Both the position numbers and the translations under genes were made by a program. Shown here in pieces: positions 36,072 to 47,647 of a stretch of 64,000 bases of DNA. The stretch's first letter is position 1, and every line of letters begins with the position of its first letter. The notes under the pieces are model-generated. The model saw only the letters and a list, made by a program, of their open reading frames with translations, made no database searches and was not told the DNA's origin. The stretch covers positions 1,736,001 through 1,800,000 of the forward strand of contig NEEC01000015.1 of the NCBI GenBank assembly GCA_002189035.1. The letters run 5' to 3'. Source of the DNA: Utricularia gibba. Its lineage: Eukaryota > Plantae > Magnoliophyta.

Positions 36072-37658
36072 TTACTGGTTTCTTTGCTTCTTCACAAAGT
36101 CCTCATCAAGGAACTTGCCTACAAATGACCAGAGACTGTAAACATCTTCAAAGTTGGCTAAGAATGTAACTGCAATGGTTATGACTCTGATTCCAAGCTC
36201 ACATCCCCTGCTCTCTGACCCTGTTTTTTCATTGCCTATGCTGTATCTCTCCAAGCACTTCTCCTTGTCTTTCATTGGGAACCAAATATTTTTTAGAAAT
36301 CCATGCTCCAGGGAAATATTGGTCTCATCAGCTAGTTTCTGAACCAATGTAGGCTCTATCTTCTTCCCTTTCGAGTCAAATATGTTGAAGGCCATGGCTG
36401 GTCCACGGTCGAACTTCACCTTTGGTCCGTAGATTGTCACCAGAGGAACTTTTTCATTTCCATTGTGATGATGAAGCTTCATCAGTGCAGTAACCAACCA
36501 GTTTATCAAACACCTTTCTCTGCACTTCATGACTCTTAATCCTAATGAATCCATGTGATCCAAGTGTCTGCACTTTACTGTGTGCTTCTCTTGGTATTCT
36601 AAGTTTTTTAGTTGCTGATCCAAGTTGCTCATTGATGTGAGGTATACAACTCCTGACTCTGTTGAATCTCCAAGAGTTGCCAAAACCGTTTTCTTTGCAA
36701 GAAAACACCCGAAACCTGTCGGATTCTCTCCAAATATTCGGTAGAAGGTGCAGATGAGAAAATCTGGCTTGAAAAGGTTGAGGCCAACACTCTTGATCCC
36801 TTTTGGTCCTAATGCACAGGCGTCGAGCAGCACATGCCAACCATGCTGTTGAGCCATTGTCATCCATTGATATGAGTAGCTTGCACCTGTCACTTGTGAC
36901 TGAAGAGGAAAGACAAATAGTCCCTTGTGCTTCTTCGTCTTGCTCTTCTTCCCTACTATCATCTTACCAAGTTTCTTGGAGTTTACCCCGAATCTTGGCC
37001 ACTTGAACTCCGCCTCGACTAGACGTGCTCCTCGCTTCTGTGCCACATCGATCATCACATCCAATGCATCGCTCTTATGATCGTAAACAGTGAGTAACTT
37101 AGCTTTAGAATGGAAAGGGTAAGCTCCAGCAGCCAGCTCGAAAGCAGATGATCTATTGGCAGTGAATGCCAAGCAGTAGTCATTTGGAGAAAGGTTAAAG
37201 AAGTCCATGATCCTTGTCTTCAGTGCAGATTCTAGTTGAGTTATTCCCTTTTCACAGTGGAGCAGGTGAGACTTGAGACCTGATTTGTAACTTGAACAAA
37301 AGAAGCCTGATGCATCAGAAGCCTGTGATTGTGAGAACAGTCCAACCCCAATATAATCAAGGCATACATGATTTGAGAGCGAGAGATGAGAATAATCCAA
37401 TGCTCGAATCCTGTCAACCAGGGCGGTGTCAGAGTACTCCTGATAAACCTTGATGAAATGAAGAGAAGAGTCTTGTAGAGATGGCAAGGATTCATGATCT
37501 GTGATTTCATCAGAAGACGAGAAAAAGGAGGACTTCGTTTTGACAACAAAATCTTTTCTAGCAGCTGAACATGTGTTTCCTATCTTGTCAGCAGACTCCT
37601 CTGGCTCTCGAGCTCTGCCTATTGGGTCTGAAAAACAACACAAGGGACCTCCCTTCAT
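36072..37658 (-). CDS. PLP-dependent transferase / molybdenum cofactor sulfurase-like protein (NifS-like domain only), intronless
   Basis: Motifs CLDYIG, FTANRSSAF, LTVYDH, LFVFPLQSQVTG, WHVLLDACALGPK, DFLICTFY, KFDRGPAMAFN. Start at ATG 37658 (MKGGPLCC) chosen over 37757. Confidence 0.85.
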   Translation of the reverse strand: MKGGPLCCFSDPIGRAREPEESADKIGNTCSAARKDFVVKTKSSFFSSSDEITDHESLPSLQDSSLHFIKVYQEYSDTALVDRIRALDYSHLSLSNHVCLDYIGVGLFSQSQASDASGFFCSSYKSGLKSHLLHCEKGITQLESALKTRIMDFFNLSPNDYCLAFTANRSSAFELAAGAYPFHSKAKLLTVYDHKSDALDVMIDVAQKRGARLVEAEFKWPRFGVNSKKLGKMIVGKKSKTKKHKGLFVFPLQSQVTGASYSYQWMTMAQQHGWHVLLDACALGPKGIKSVGLNLFKPDFLICTFYRIFGENPTGFGCFLAKKTVLATLGDSTESGVVYLTSMSNLDQQLKNLEYQEKHTVKCRHLDHMDSLGLRVMKCRERCLINWLVTALMKLHHHNGNEKVPLVTIYGPKVKFDRGPAMAFNIFDSKGKKIEPTLVQKLADETNISLEHGFLKNIWFPMKDKEKCLERYSIGNEKTGSESRGCELGIRVITIAVTFLANFEDVYSLWSFVGKFLDEDFVKKQRNQ

Positions 37659-38487
37659 GAACCCAGGTGGACTTATGACGGGAATCAATTGTTTATTTGG
37701 ATCATATATATATGTAATCCACTTAACACGCACATCATGATCACACAGACTCGTCAAAGTTCAATCATATCAATACTAGGTGCAGACGAGGGGGAGGGGG
37801 AGACTTCTTGACAAAGGAAGGTTGTAGTATTTCGAAAGTTTTTCTTTTTGTGTTTCCTGAAGTTAACTTTAAGCATCATCCTGAATTAATGAGTGAAAAG
37901 ATGATTACTTGGTGCTTCCTTTTTGGTGTAGAAGTTGAACTTTATGGCGTGCCCTTTTGTACACCAGTTAAGTAGTCTGTTCATGCTTGGTTCATATCCA
38001 AAATGATGTAGCAGTTGGTAAACAAATTGATTGTATGGGGTTCCTCACTGTTCACAAGTACCCAAACTAGCTCCTTCATCACGCCTATTCAAATCATAAA
38101 TAGAAGTATGTGGCTAGAGAAATTCATGCACAAAGTATAAAAAAAGTACCAGCACAAGCAGATCAGCTCATACACTTGTCCCCTCTCTCAGAATCATTAA
38201 ACTTGTCTTACCAGAGCTCCCAAAGCAAACTCCAATCACGGTACTGTGTTGAAAGCGATGACAATCTTTGGTCCAGTATGGGAGTCGGCAGCCCATTAAC
38301 ATGACGCAGGCCATCATGAAGCTGGGAACTTCAAACAAGCAAACGCCCACCATCCATCCAGTGTGGGAGAGGCCATAACTGCGTAAGTAAATATCAACTG
38401 CTGTTATTTCAAGTCACCGCCTACAGATATGACGATACATAAGCATATTCGTTTGAACGGGAGTGGCGAAAGACGATAAGTCTCATA

Positions 38488-39382
38488 ATGGCCACATATC
38501 AGCAGTATCCCTTACTCTCCCGCAGTCAAGGATGGGATTTTCTGATCCGCCGGAGAACGTTGTGCTCTGGCCTCAACGACAGGCAACCCAGGTCAAGTTC
38601 CACGGGATCGAAGGTAACTACATCCCAGGTCAATTTCAAGACATTTGGGCGTTGTAAGCTGGGGATATCGAGGTACCCTGATTTCGATTACTATGCGGAC
38701 GGCGGGTCAGGTTTCGGATCAGTCGAAATGGGACCAGAAGAGGGTGAAGTTTTGGTCCAATTCCCGGCGGAAGGCCTCTTTATTCCCCCGCTTTCGTCTG
38801 CTTCCACCAAGTTGTTGGGGCTGCCCTTGCCCCCTTTCTCAAGATCGATATTCTTCCCGAGGAACTTTGCGGTTCGATCCATCGGAAAACAGGAAAGGTT
38901 TGTGCCGGTCTTTTAAACATACACAAACAGAAAAGCAATTCCTTTTACAATTCAGGCTTACCATTCGCCTTTTCTCCAGAACCAATCGTGTCAATCACGA
39001 CCATTCATGCCAAATGCTTGATGAATAATACTAGAGTCATGTTTTGACCTAAATCGCTTATCCCATTGCCGATGATGCTGTTTTAGGTTGATTTGAAATT
39101 TCGAGCAAGGTTCTCCTTCTCGGCGGGACCGTCTACAAGCCACCGCCGTTGCTTGTGGAAACGATATTAACCTCAGAAAAATCCATGGGAGAAATCAGGG
39201 AAGGTCAGGGGAATAGACTGGATGATGAGGGCAATTGCAAGCTCGTTGGTGTTGCCAGAGTGGAAGCGATCGACGATGCCTTCTTGAACGCATTTCTAAG
39301 CCTTCCAACGGAATGCATTGCGGTTCTGAACGCCGGAATAACCTTTTCTGCCGCAGAAGGGATCGAGGGACGACGACGGTAG
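38488..39382 (+). CDS. Conserved uncharacterised, probably plastid-targeted protein (At5g62140-like); two frameshifts as assembled
   Basis: Exon 1 38488-38897 (CKLGISRYPDF, LGLPLPPFLKIDI); exon 2 39087-39382 (YKPPPLLVETILTSE, CKLVGVA, FLSLPTEC). Single bases are missing at 38830-38837 and 39125-39127. Confidence 0.75.
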
Positions 39383-40545
39383 GAGGAAGAGGAGCTATTA
39401 AGAATTTGAAAATAATTCAGCCCATGCTAACAGGTGAGGTCACTGGGCCCGACCTTATAGGCCTATTGGTTCAGTATTATGGCCCAATAAATTTGGGCTG
39501 TTGACCCGTTACGAATGGCCCGATCTTATAGTCGATACAGTTGTCGCCTGTTGGGTTTGAATATATATATTTTTTATTTTAAAAGGAGAAAAAAGTTGAA
39601 ATCAAAACCCCCGTCCCCTTTTTCTCGCAAACAGAATAAACAGAAAAGGATGAGATCACAAGAACTCACGGTAAGAAAGGTGCAGCCGAGCGTAGGAGAT
39701 GGCAGCGCCTGCGTAAGTCGATTTGCAGATCAGCGCATCGGCTAATAACAAATCGCCACGTTTTGGAGAGTCAACCTTGCGGACTTGGCGTCGTCACCGT
39801 TGGATCTCCCGTCGACTAGTCGCGCCGGTTGTTCGGACGACACGTGTTCGCGGTCAACCGCCTGTAGTTGGTCATCGACAATCCTTCACCGGTACAGCTC
39901 ATCGTTCCTCCGCCTTTCAACTCCGCACTCCCCGATGTACATTTTCACCGATTGTTTTCACCTCTAGTTGTTGCTTTCATGTTTAATTTTTTTTAATTTT
40001 CTGGTCAAGTTTTTGTTTCTGCGGAAACTGTAGGTTCTGCACCGTATTGCGATTTCTTTGGGAATTTAGTTGGGTTTGACGAGGGTATTTGCGTAATTGA
40101 CGTTGGTTGAGTTTGATCGGGAAGACTGAACTGGATTTCATTTGCTTTGTGCATTTTGTAGCTGATCGACCAGTCGAGGTTCCGATCCGTACTGTTTTTG
40201 TGTGCGTTTCGTAGTTGGTTGTCACCTTGATCTGCAAGGTTCTGAATTCCCACTAGGGCAGTGTTTTCGGACGATCTGGATTATTGTACGTCCAGAAATC
40301 TTTCTGACGAGGTGAATAGTCGAATTTCGTGTGCTCTGTGGTTCATCAGGAGAAGGATGTGCTGATTTATGCTACCGATTTGATATGTAGGCAATGGGAT
40401 GTGAATGAATCAAGGATTTGGCTCATTTTTTTGGAGGCAAAAAGCTTGTCTTGGGTGCATTGTGTAGAGATGGTATGTTACTGCTGGTTGGACATTTGGA
40501 TATCACAGACTGAGAACTGGGTTTCTATGCAAGTCTTCTAGAGAA

Positions 40546-43500
40546 ATGACACACCCATCTTCTAGTTCAGGAGTATTTTTTCAAGGAGTAGGCGAATCGC
40601 AGATTGCTGGAAATTCTCAGCTACTTTCAGTGACTGGGCACCATGGTCGTGCAAATTTCATTCCATTTTCTGGAGACGCTGATAACACGATGTTGAATAG
40701 TGTTGCAAGCTCTGGGCCTAGCATTGAAGCGAGTTCTTTGTTGACTGATGCAAACTCTGGGATTCCCCACCCACGGAGAAATGGTAGTTTTAATTCAGAT
40801 GCCTATATGAGGCTGTCTGCATCTCCTCTATCGTTTACATCGAATAATGTTAGCCTCTCTGGGTCTACGTTTATGGATGGTTCCTCAGTGCTGCAGCAAG
40901 GCTCTAATCCTGAAACTAGCATACAAGCTCTGATGCATCAGGTGGGCTCAAGTACAGCATCCATGTCTACATCACGTATGGGTCAAGATCAACATCCAGG
41001 TGGTCCTAGGGGGTCCGGTTCTTTTAGTCAGGAAACAAATGTCATGTCACAGACTCAGCTACCGAAAAAATCTCACTTGGACATTAAACAGGAAGAAGCG
41101 TTGCAGCAGCAGGTTTTGCAACAGCAAATGCAGAGGCATGATCAACTGCATTTGCAAAACTCCAATACTCAGTTGCAAGCTCTTATCCAGCAACAGAGAC
41201 TGAGGCAACAATTAGAACAGCAACAACTTCTTCAGCGAGTTCAGTTATTGCGGCAGCAGCAGTTAAGACAACAGCTCATTCAGCAGGGAATGCAACCTGC
41301 ATCGGGAGTGAAGCCTCCCTATGAGAATGGTGTGTGCTCACGCCGACTAATGCAATACCTATACCACCAGAGACAGCGGCCTGCCGTGAGTATCATATGC
41401 TTAGTTAACACCGTTATGTCATTAATTGGTCATTCTCGGTCGTAGCTCTGGTTATACCCCACGTTTTTGCTAGTTAAATTCTGTTTTTAACCCTTCAGTG
41501 GTTTTTTTTTTTCAAGGATCTGAAATTGTATTAAGTAACTCTGCTTTATGTCCATTTGCTGCATGCTGTAGGAGAACACTATTGCCTATTGGAGAAAGTT
41601 TGTGGCTGAGTACCATTCTCCCCGTGCTAAGAAAAGGTGGTGCCTCGCTTTATATGACAACGTTGGAAACCATTCACTTGGCGTTTTTCCTCAAGCAGCA
41701 ATGGTAACTGTTAAAGAGTTATATTCCACTTATGCTGCATATTTTGAAAGCAATAGAAATTTTGATCACGAGGATTGATCTTTCCCTAAATCAAATTTAG
41801 TTTTCCATCATTTAGTCATGTGGTGTTTTTTATACTAATTCCTTTATTAGCAGAAAACTTGATTCCTGAATTTCTTCTTTTGTGCAGGATGCCTGGCAGT
41901 GTGACATTTGTGGTTCAAAATCTGGGAAGGGATTTGGTAATCTTGTTTTCATTGTGCTATGATATTCGTTTCACTTTCTTGAACAAGCTAGGCGATTCTT
42001 CTACTTCCAGCAGCATATGCGTGATTCTTTATTTTGATATTTCCTTTATTATCTCCTAATTTTTTTGGCATAGAATCTAAGTCAATCTACTGTTTCTCGT
42101 GTTTTTACAGAGGCTAGCTTTGAAGTGCTCCCTCGGCTTGAAGAAATCAAGTTTGCTAGTGGTGTACTTGATGAGCTCCTATATCTGGATTTACCGCGGG
42201 AGCATCGATTCCCTTCTGGAATGATGATGCTGGAGTATGCCAAGGCAGTTCAAGAAAGTGTGTTTGAACAAATACGTGTGGTCCGTGAAGGCCAGCTTCG
42301 CATCATATTTACCCCAGATTTGAAGGTAAACGAAATGCTAAATCAAAAACCCACCATGGAGTAGTTTCTACACTCCATTTATGTAATAGTGAGATGCCAT
42401 TTTCTTAGATATTATCATGGGAATTTTGTGCTCGATGTCATGAAGAACTCCTCCCTCGTCGATTGGTTTTACCCCAGGTGACATTCAAAATATTTCTCTG
42501 GCTCATCATACCATGTAGTTTGGTCGTAATGTTTTCTGAAAGCTTATTTGCTTACATGATCTGGTTGCAGGCAAAGCAGTTACTGCAAGTTGCGCAAAAA
42601 TGCCAGAGCACAGTAACTGACGGTGGTTCTGAGGGAGTGTCTCAAGCAGATTTGCAGGCCAACAGTGTGATGTGTGTTGATTTAGCATTTATATTCAGGC
42701 TTTCCATTTTTGATCCTTTTGCATGTATTTCGACTTGCCTTCACTGGTTCACTCTTCCCATAACCATATTTCTTGAATTCGAATGACAAAAGGAGGAGAT
42801 GCAGTGCCATTGTATACTCTTGATTTCATAACCTATCCTCTCCCTATTTCAGGGTTGCAACAGCCAGCCGTCAGCTGGCTAGGAGTCTGGGACTGCAGTC
42901 GCTGAATGATCTCGGCTTCTCAAAACGATATGTCCGGTGCCTGCAGGCATGTCTCATTAAGCTACAAGCTTTGATCTTTGCAGTTTCCTTATCTTGATGC
43001 CTGAAATACCTCAATCTCCATTGTCAGATAGCCGAGGTGGTGAATAGCATGAAAGACCTCATGGATTTCTGCACGGAAGTGAAAGTTGGCCCTGTTGGTA
43101 AGAACCACGTATATGATGATGAAAGGAGAAAGTATATCAAGAACACAAACATAGAGGACTTGAACAAACTGATGTTCTTTTTCTTGTCTGCAGAGGGCTT
43201 GAAGAACTTCTCCAGAAATGCATCTAATTCCAAGCTACAACTGCGGAAGAATCAGGAACTTGAGCAGGGAGAAGGTCTTGGATTGCCAGCCGATCATGAC
43301 ACGTCCAACAAGCTGGTGGCACTGCAGAACAGCCATCATCACCTGGCTGGTCATGGAGGTGGGGCTTTGGCCGGCTCCGCGCAGGCGGCTCTCGCTCTGA
43401 GCGATTACCAGAATTTGATGATGAGACAAAGCGCGAGTCAGAATTCGCTTCAAGAGTCCTCAAATGCTTTCACTAGACCCAGCCAAATTCCAACACAGCC

Positions 43501-43963
43501 CGGAGTTTCAACTGGAACTGCCAATGTATTGTCTAGCAGCCGAGCGTCATCACAACAGCAGCAAACTCCTCAGCCCTCTCAAGAGCTCCAACAGCAAATG
43601 CTTCAGCAAATGCTGCTGCAGGATGTAAACAAGAACGAGCAGCAACCCATCCCTGGACAAAAACAGTGCATAAAGGATGAGCCAAGCTATGGCAACATTC
43701 CGAGCACTAGCTCGGCCAGTAACGGACCAGGAAGTACCTCAACATTTCCTCCAAGCCAAAGCCATAATAACAGTCTCAATCCCATTTCGAGTGATGCATT
43801 CCCAGCTCCTGGCAACATTGGGTTCGGCATGAAAGCATCCGACTTCACTCAGAACCTTCATCTACCTGATGATTTTGTTGCAGATATTGCGCGCGAGTTT
43901 ACGGATAATGGCTTTTTTGACACCGATCTTGACGACAACATGAACTTCAGCTGGAAGGTTTGA
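40546..43963 (+). CDS. SLK2: SEUSS-like transcriptional co-regulator (LIM-binding domain), 779 aa
   Basis: Exons 40546-41385, 41572-41703, 41888-41936, 42111-42325, 42409-42477, 42571-42671, 42853-42946, 43028-43097, 43194-43963. Q-rich tract; motifs CSRRLMQYLYHQR, WQCDICG, SWEFCAR. Intron 7 is GC-AG. Confidence 0.9.
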
Positions 43964-44348
43964 CTAACTCCCCTTCATATGTTGTGCCGTATACGGAAAT
44001 GTGTTGTAAGATAGTGAAGTTACCAGAGATGTTCCTGTATAGGTTAGCTTATTGATCTTACCTTTTCTTTTTCCTTGCAATGATTCCAGAGGTTGTCAAT
44101 TTATGGGATGTGAGAAACCATGGGATGTTTCTAATGTAATTTCATGCTGGTAGTTCTAGATCATTGCAAGCTAGATGGAAACAGAGCTTTCTAACATTGA
44201 ATACAATGATGCATTATGAAGCTTATTCCACTTGTTCATGAAACATGGAGAATAAACTGGGGCAGCAATATAATCTGCACTAAACATTGCTAATTGCCTC
44301 ATTTTAACTCTGTAATAGTTAATATGCACTAAAAAGACACCCCATTAC

Positions 44349-45012
44349 ATGTCCAGTTCAGCCTTCTTTCTTTCCAACAACCAATATGTAGTTGAACTGT
44401 GCAACTTCGAGCTTCTCGGGCCTGGCAGCACCCGAACTCGTTTTAATATTTTAGAGAATGCGATGCCTTCAAGGGTGAACGCACTTGACAACAGTTTTGC
44501 ATCAGTGAAGTGGAGACATATGCAAAGTGTAGTATTCATTTATAACACAAACAACCTCTTGAGTATATGCTTAAGATTTTTCAGAGATTGGACAAATTAT
44601 TGCCTGTCGTGGACTGAGCCAAAAAGGCACTTCCTTTTTAGTGCTCTAGAAGAGCAGCAAACATGCCTTCTACAGAACCGAGGATAGCTCTGTGCATCAT
44701 AACAGGCCTTTCACACTTTGATTCATCTTCAGCTGAGGATAAATTGAACCGTGCAGGGAGTTGGAAATCCAGCTGAAGAAGACACGCTAGCAAACAACCA
44801 CGGGATCAGTAAACTTGGAATAGATGAAGAAAAAAAAAAAAAAAACAGCTTAGCAACCACTCCCGGTTCAACTTCTAAAAAGATTTTCTGGATTACACTA
44901 TCAAAAAAATATGGGATTTACCTTGACATGCTTGTTGAAATCTACTAACACGAGTGAAACCTGTGAGCGGACCACAGTGCAATGCACCAAAATCAGCCAA
45001 CCCTAGAGGAAT
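44349..45012 (-). pseudogene. Threonyl-tRNA synthetase pseudogene fragment (intron-containing)
   Basis: Segment 45012-44922 reads IPLGLADFGALHCGPLTGFTRVSRFQQ. Segment 44772-44556 reads [64 protein letters not shown]. Segment 44418-44349 reads REA/AQFNYILVVGKKEG*TGH. All match ThrRS catalytic and anticodon-binding motifs, with stops and indels. Confidence 0.85.
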
Positions 45013-47647
45013 CTGTGCAAAAGTAGATAACGTTGGCATACTTTCACTACAAAACATCACTTAATGAAACACACACAGGTTAGAGATTTCTTAAATGCAT
45101 ATAGAAAACCGGGGAAAGTGCAAAATACCCTAAATTGCATAAAATGCACGCACCCACACAGTTCAGCCGTAGCCCCTCCCCACTCCCCAGTGATGAAAGG
45201 ACGGTGGCTCAAGCTTTTCCCACCAAAAGCAAGAACGTCGAAATTAAGAAATTAAGAAGGCTGGGCCACATACTGGGCTTCAGACCACCTTTTTGCTCTC
45301 GGCCCATTTAAAAAAATGCTGCAAGTAAAAACATAAATTCCTTTCGTTTTTTTTTCTTTCCAACTTGTATTTCATTAAAAATTAATAATATAGTATTTAA
45401 TTAGAGGAATTTACTCTATTTCATTCCCTGGATGCCATGGACTACTATCCACATAACGTATAATGATTTACGATTGCATATTACTCATTTTGAATATTCA
45501 ATTTTTACGATTTTATATTTTTCATATCTTTAATTTATATTTTTAAAATGTTACATATTAACGTATATCAAGTATGCTTAACTTTAAAGTTTGTATTAAA
45601 AATCTTTAATCGTGTTTTAAAAAAAGATATTATGTAAAATTTAAATGATCATTCTATTCAATTTCTTCCTTATGTTTATTAGTAATGAAGTAATATATTC
45701 GTCTAACTTCCTTCCACCGTACTTCCCACCGGACGGGGCATCACTGGGGGTGGGCAGTCGGCATCCAGTTCTATGTCAAGCGCATCGGCGTTGTCACCAT
45801 CGGATCCGCTTCTTACAAAATCCACACACCAAAGTCCAAAACACAAACATTGCTAGTTGCTCTCCACATTCCACTAATCGCAATTAATTTAATGCTCCAA
45901 ATTATGTACTACAACGACACCCAAAAAAACAAACATTTTTATTTGTATACCTCATGATTGCTCTTTGAAAAATCAAACACCGAAAAGCTTCCTTGTCCTA
46001 AAATCCGAGACTCCGGTCTGAAAAGCAGCTCAAAATTGAATAAAAAATTGCGTACTAAAACCAGCCCTACGTGATTTCCTTTTCCTTTTCTAATGCATAG
46101 AGTATGCATTGTATTGCAGTGGGGAGCGAGGCGGACTTCCAAGCTACTGCTAGTTGTTTTAAAAAAGAAGAAAAAGGGGAGGTTCGCATTGAAGATGAGA
46201 AGAATGTCGATATGGGGAGGAGAAGAGAAGAGGGATCGGATATGGACCACAGGGGGGCCGGGGCGTTGTTGCCAAGTGCTGGTTCACATGCGTCGAGCAA
46301 CGTACCCATCTATCTGATACAATTCTGTGTGTTTTTTTGGGTGGAACACCTAAGCTAGCTGCGACCCATCAACGATCCAATAATTCCGACGCCGCCATGT
46401 GAGCAAGCAGCAGCGGCGGATGGCGACGCCTCTCTGAGGACCTGGGGGACAGCCAGCCCAGCCTGATTCCTTCCCTTTCCAAAACGGGGTTTTTGATTCA
46501 CTCACATTTACGCCCCGCCCCCAGTGGCTTCCCCTCTTTCGGTGTCGCCCAGCTTTGCTTGCTTGCTTCTTAGCCTAGCCTGCCCTCTCCGAGGACCATG
46601 CTACGGTGCTACTACACGTTCCGTCATCAAACCCTTCCTTCCGGCAAGCAGCCACCGTGTGTCTGTGTCTACGTATGTATGCATTTCACATCACGATTAA
46701 TACTGAAATTTATAATTGAATTTTAATTATAAAGTAAAAGCTCGTAAAAATAGCTGGAAAATGGATTCCGAAATACCAATACACCCCACAGAAATCAACC
46801 ACCCGTAATGAAAAGTGGCATTTACTAGGGGGCAAAGCCGTAAACCTACACGCAGAGTGGGACCGCACTAGGTGGACAAACGGATTGGGGATTAGAAATT
46901 CAATTAAACAAATTTTTAATTCCCTATTTTTGCACCCATTTTATTTTTTTTAAATTATATCGAATGGTAATTAAATCGTTTTGAACTATGAAGCATTGGT
47001 AAGATAATTTATTTTATCATTATACGTATAATTTCTCTCACATACTAAGTTAAAATTTTTACATTTTAAAGAAATACTTTTTTTATCATATTTTTATTAT
47101 ACCTTTTTTTTTTTTGAACGTGTATGCCTATTGTGGTATCAATAATTAGCAGCTAGAATGTTGGGTAAGTAGGATCATTAAATTTTCCAAATCTAGTCCA
47201 AGGTATTGAGACAGGACATAATCTAGTAATTTTTGGTTTATGGGATGAGTAATGATTTTAATTTTATTAATTATTTTTAATTGTGGGAAATAAATTAGGT
47301 TCCATGGGGGGGCAGAAAGGTGTTGCTTTCATGGCATGCACAGAAATGGGGGAATCCGGTTGCAAACGATGTACGCCCTTCCAAGCTGTACGTTGTCGCT
47401 TAGTATGAAATAAAATTCGTGGCCCCGACCGACAACTACTCTGCCACCGTGCGTGAGACTCAGTCGCCGCCATGAGGCGCGTCGCATTGAGCGCTGGCCG
47501 CCCCACGAACACCCAATAAATACATTCTACGACGCTCTTAACGCTTCTTCTATTAAACGAGATGCTTTTAATGCCTTTCACCAACTAGCGTCCCCCTGCA
47601 CACCGTCAACGCGTCTATTGTTTCCAGTCCCCACCCAACAATGAGAA

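Noticed and set aside
38168-38380. Exon-like minus-strand segment with apparent AG/GT boundaries between the sulfurase-like and At5g62140-like genes
   Set aside because: None of the three frames resembles a family I know; probably 5'UTR or promoter sequence.
45715-46700. GC-rich patches and short ORFs between the ThrRS relic and IQD
   Set aside because: No recognisable protein, complete snoRNA C/D box pair or miRNA; treated as regulatory DNA.
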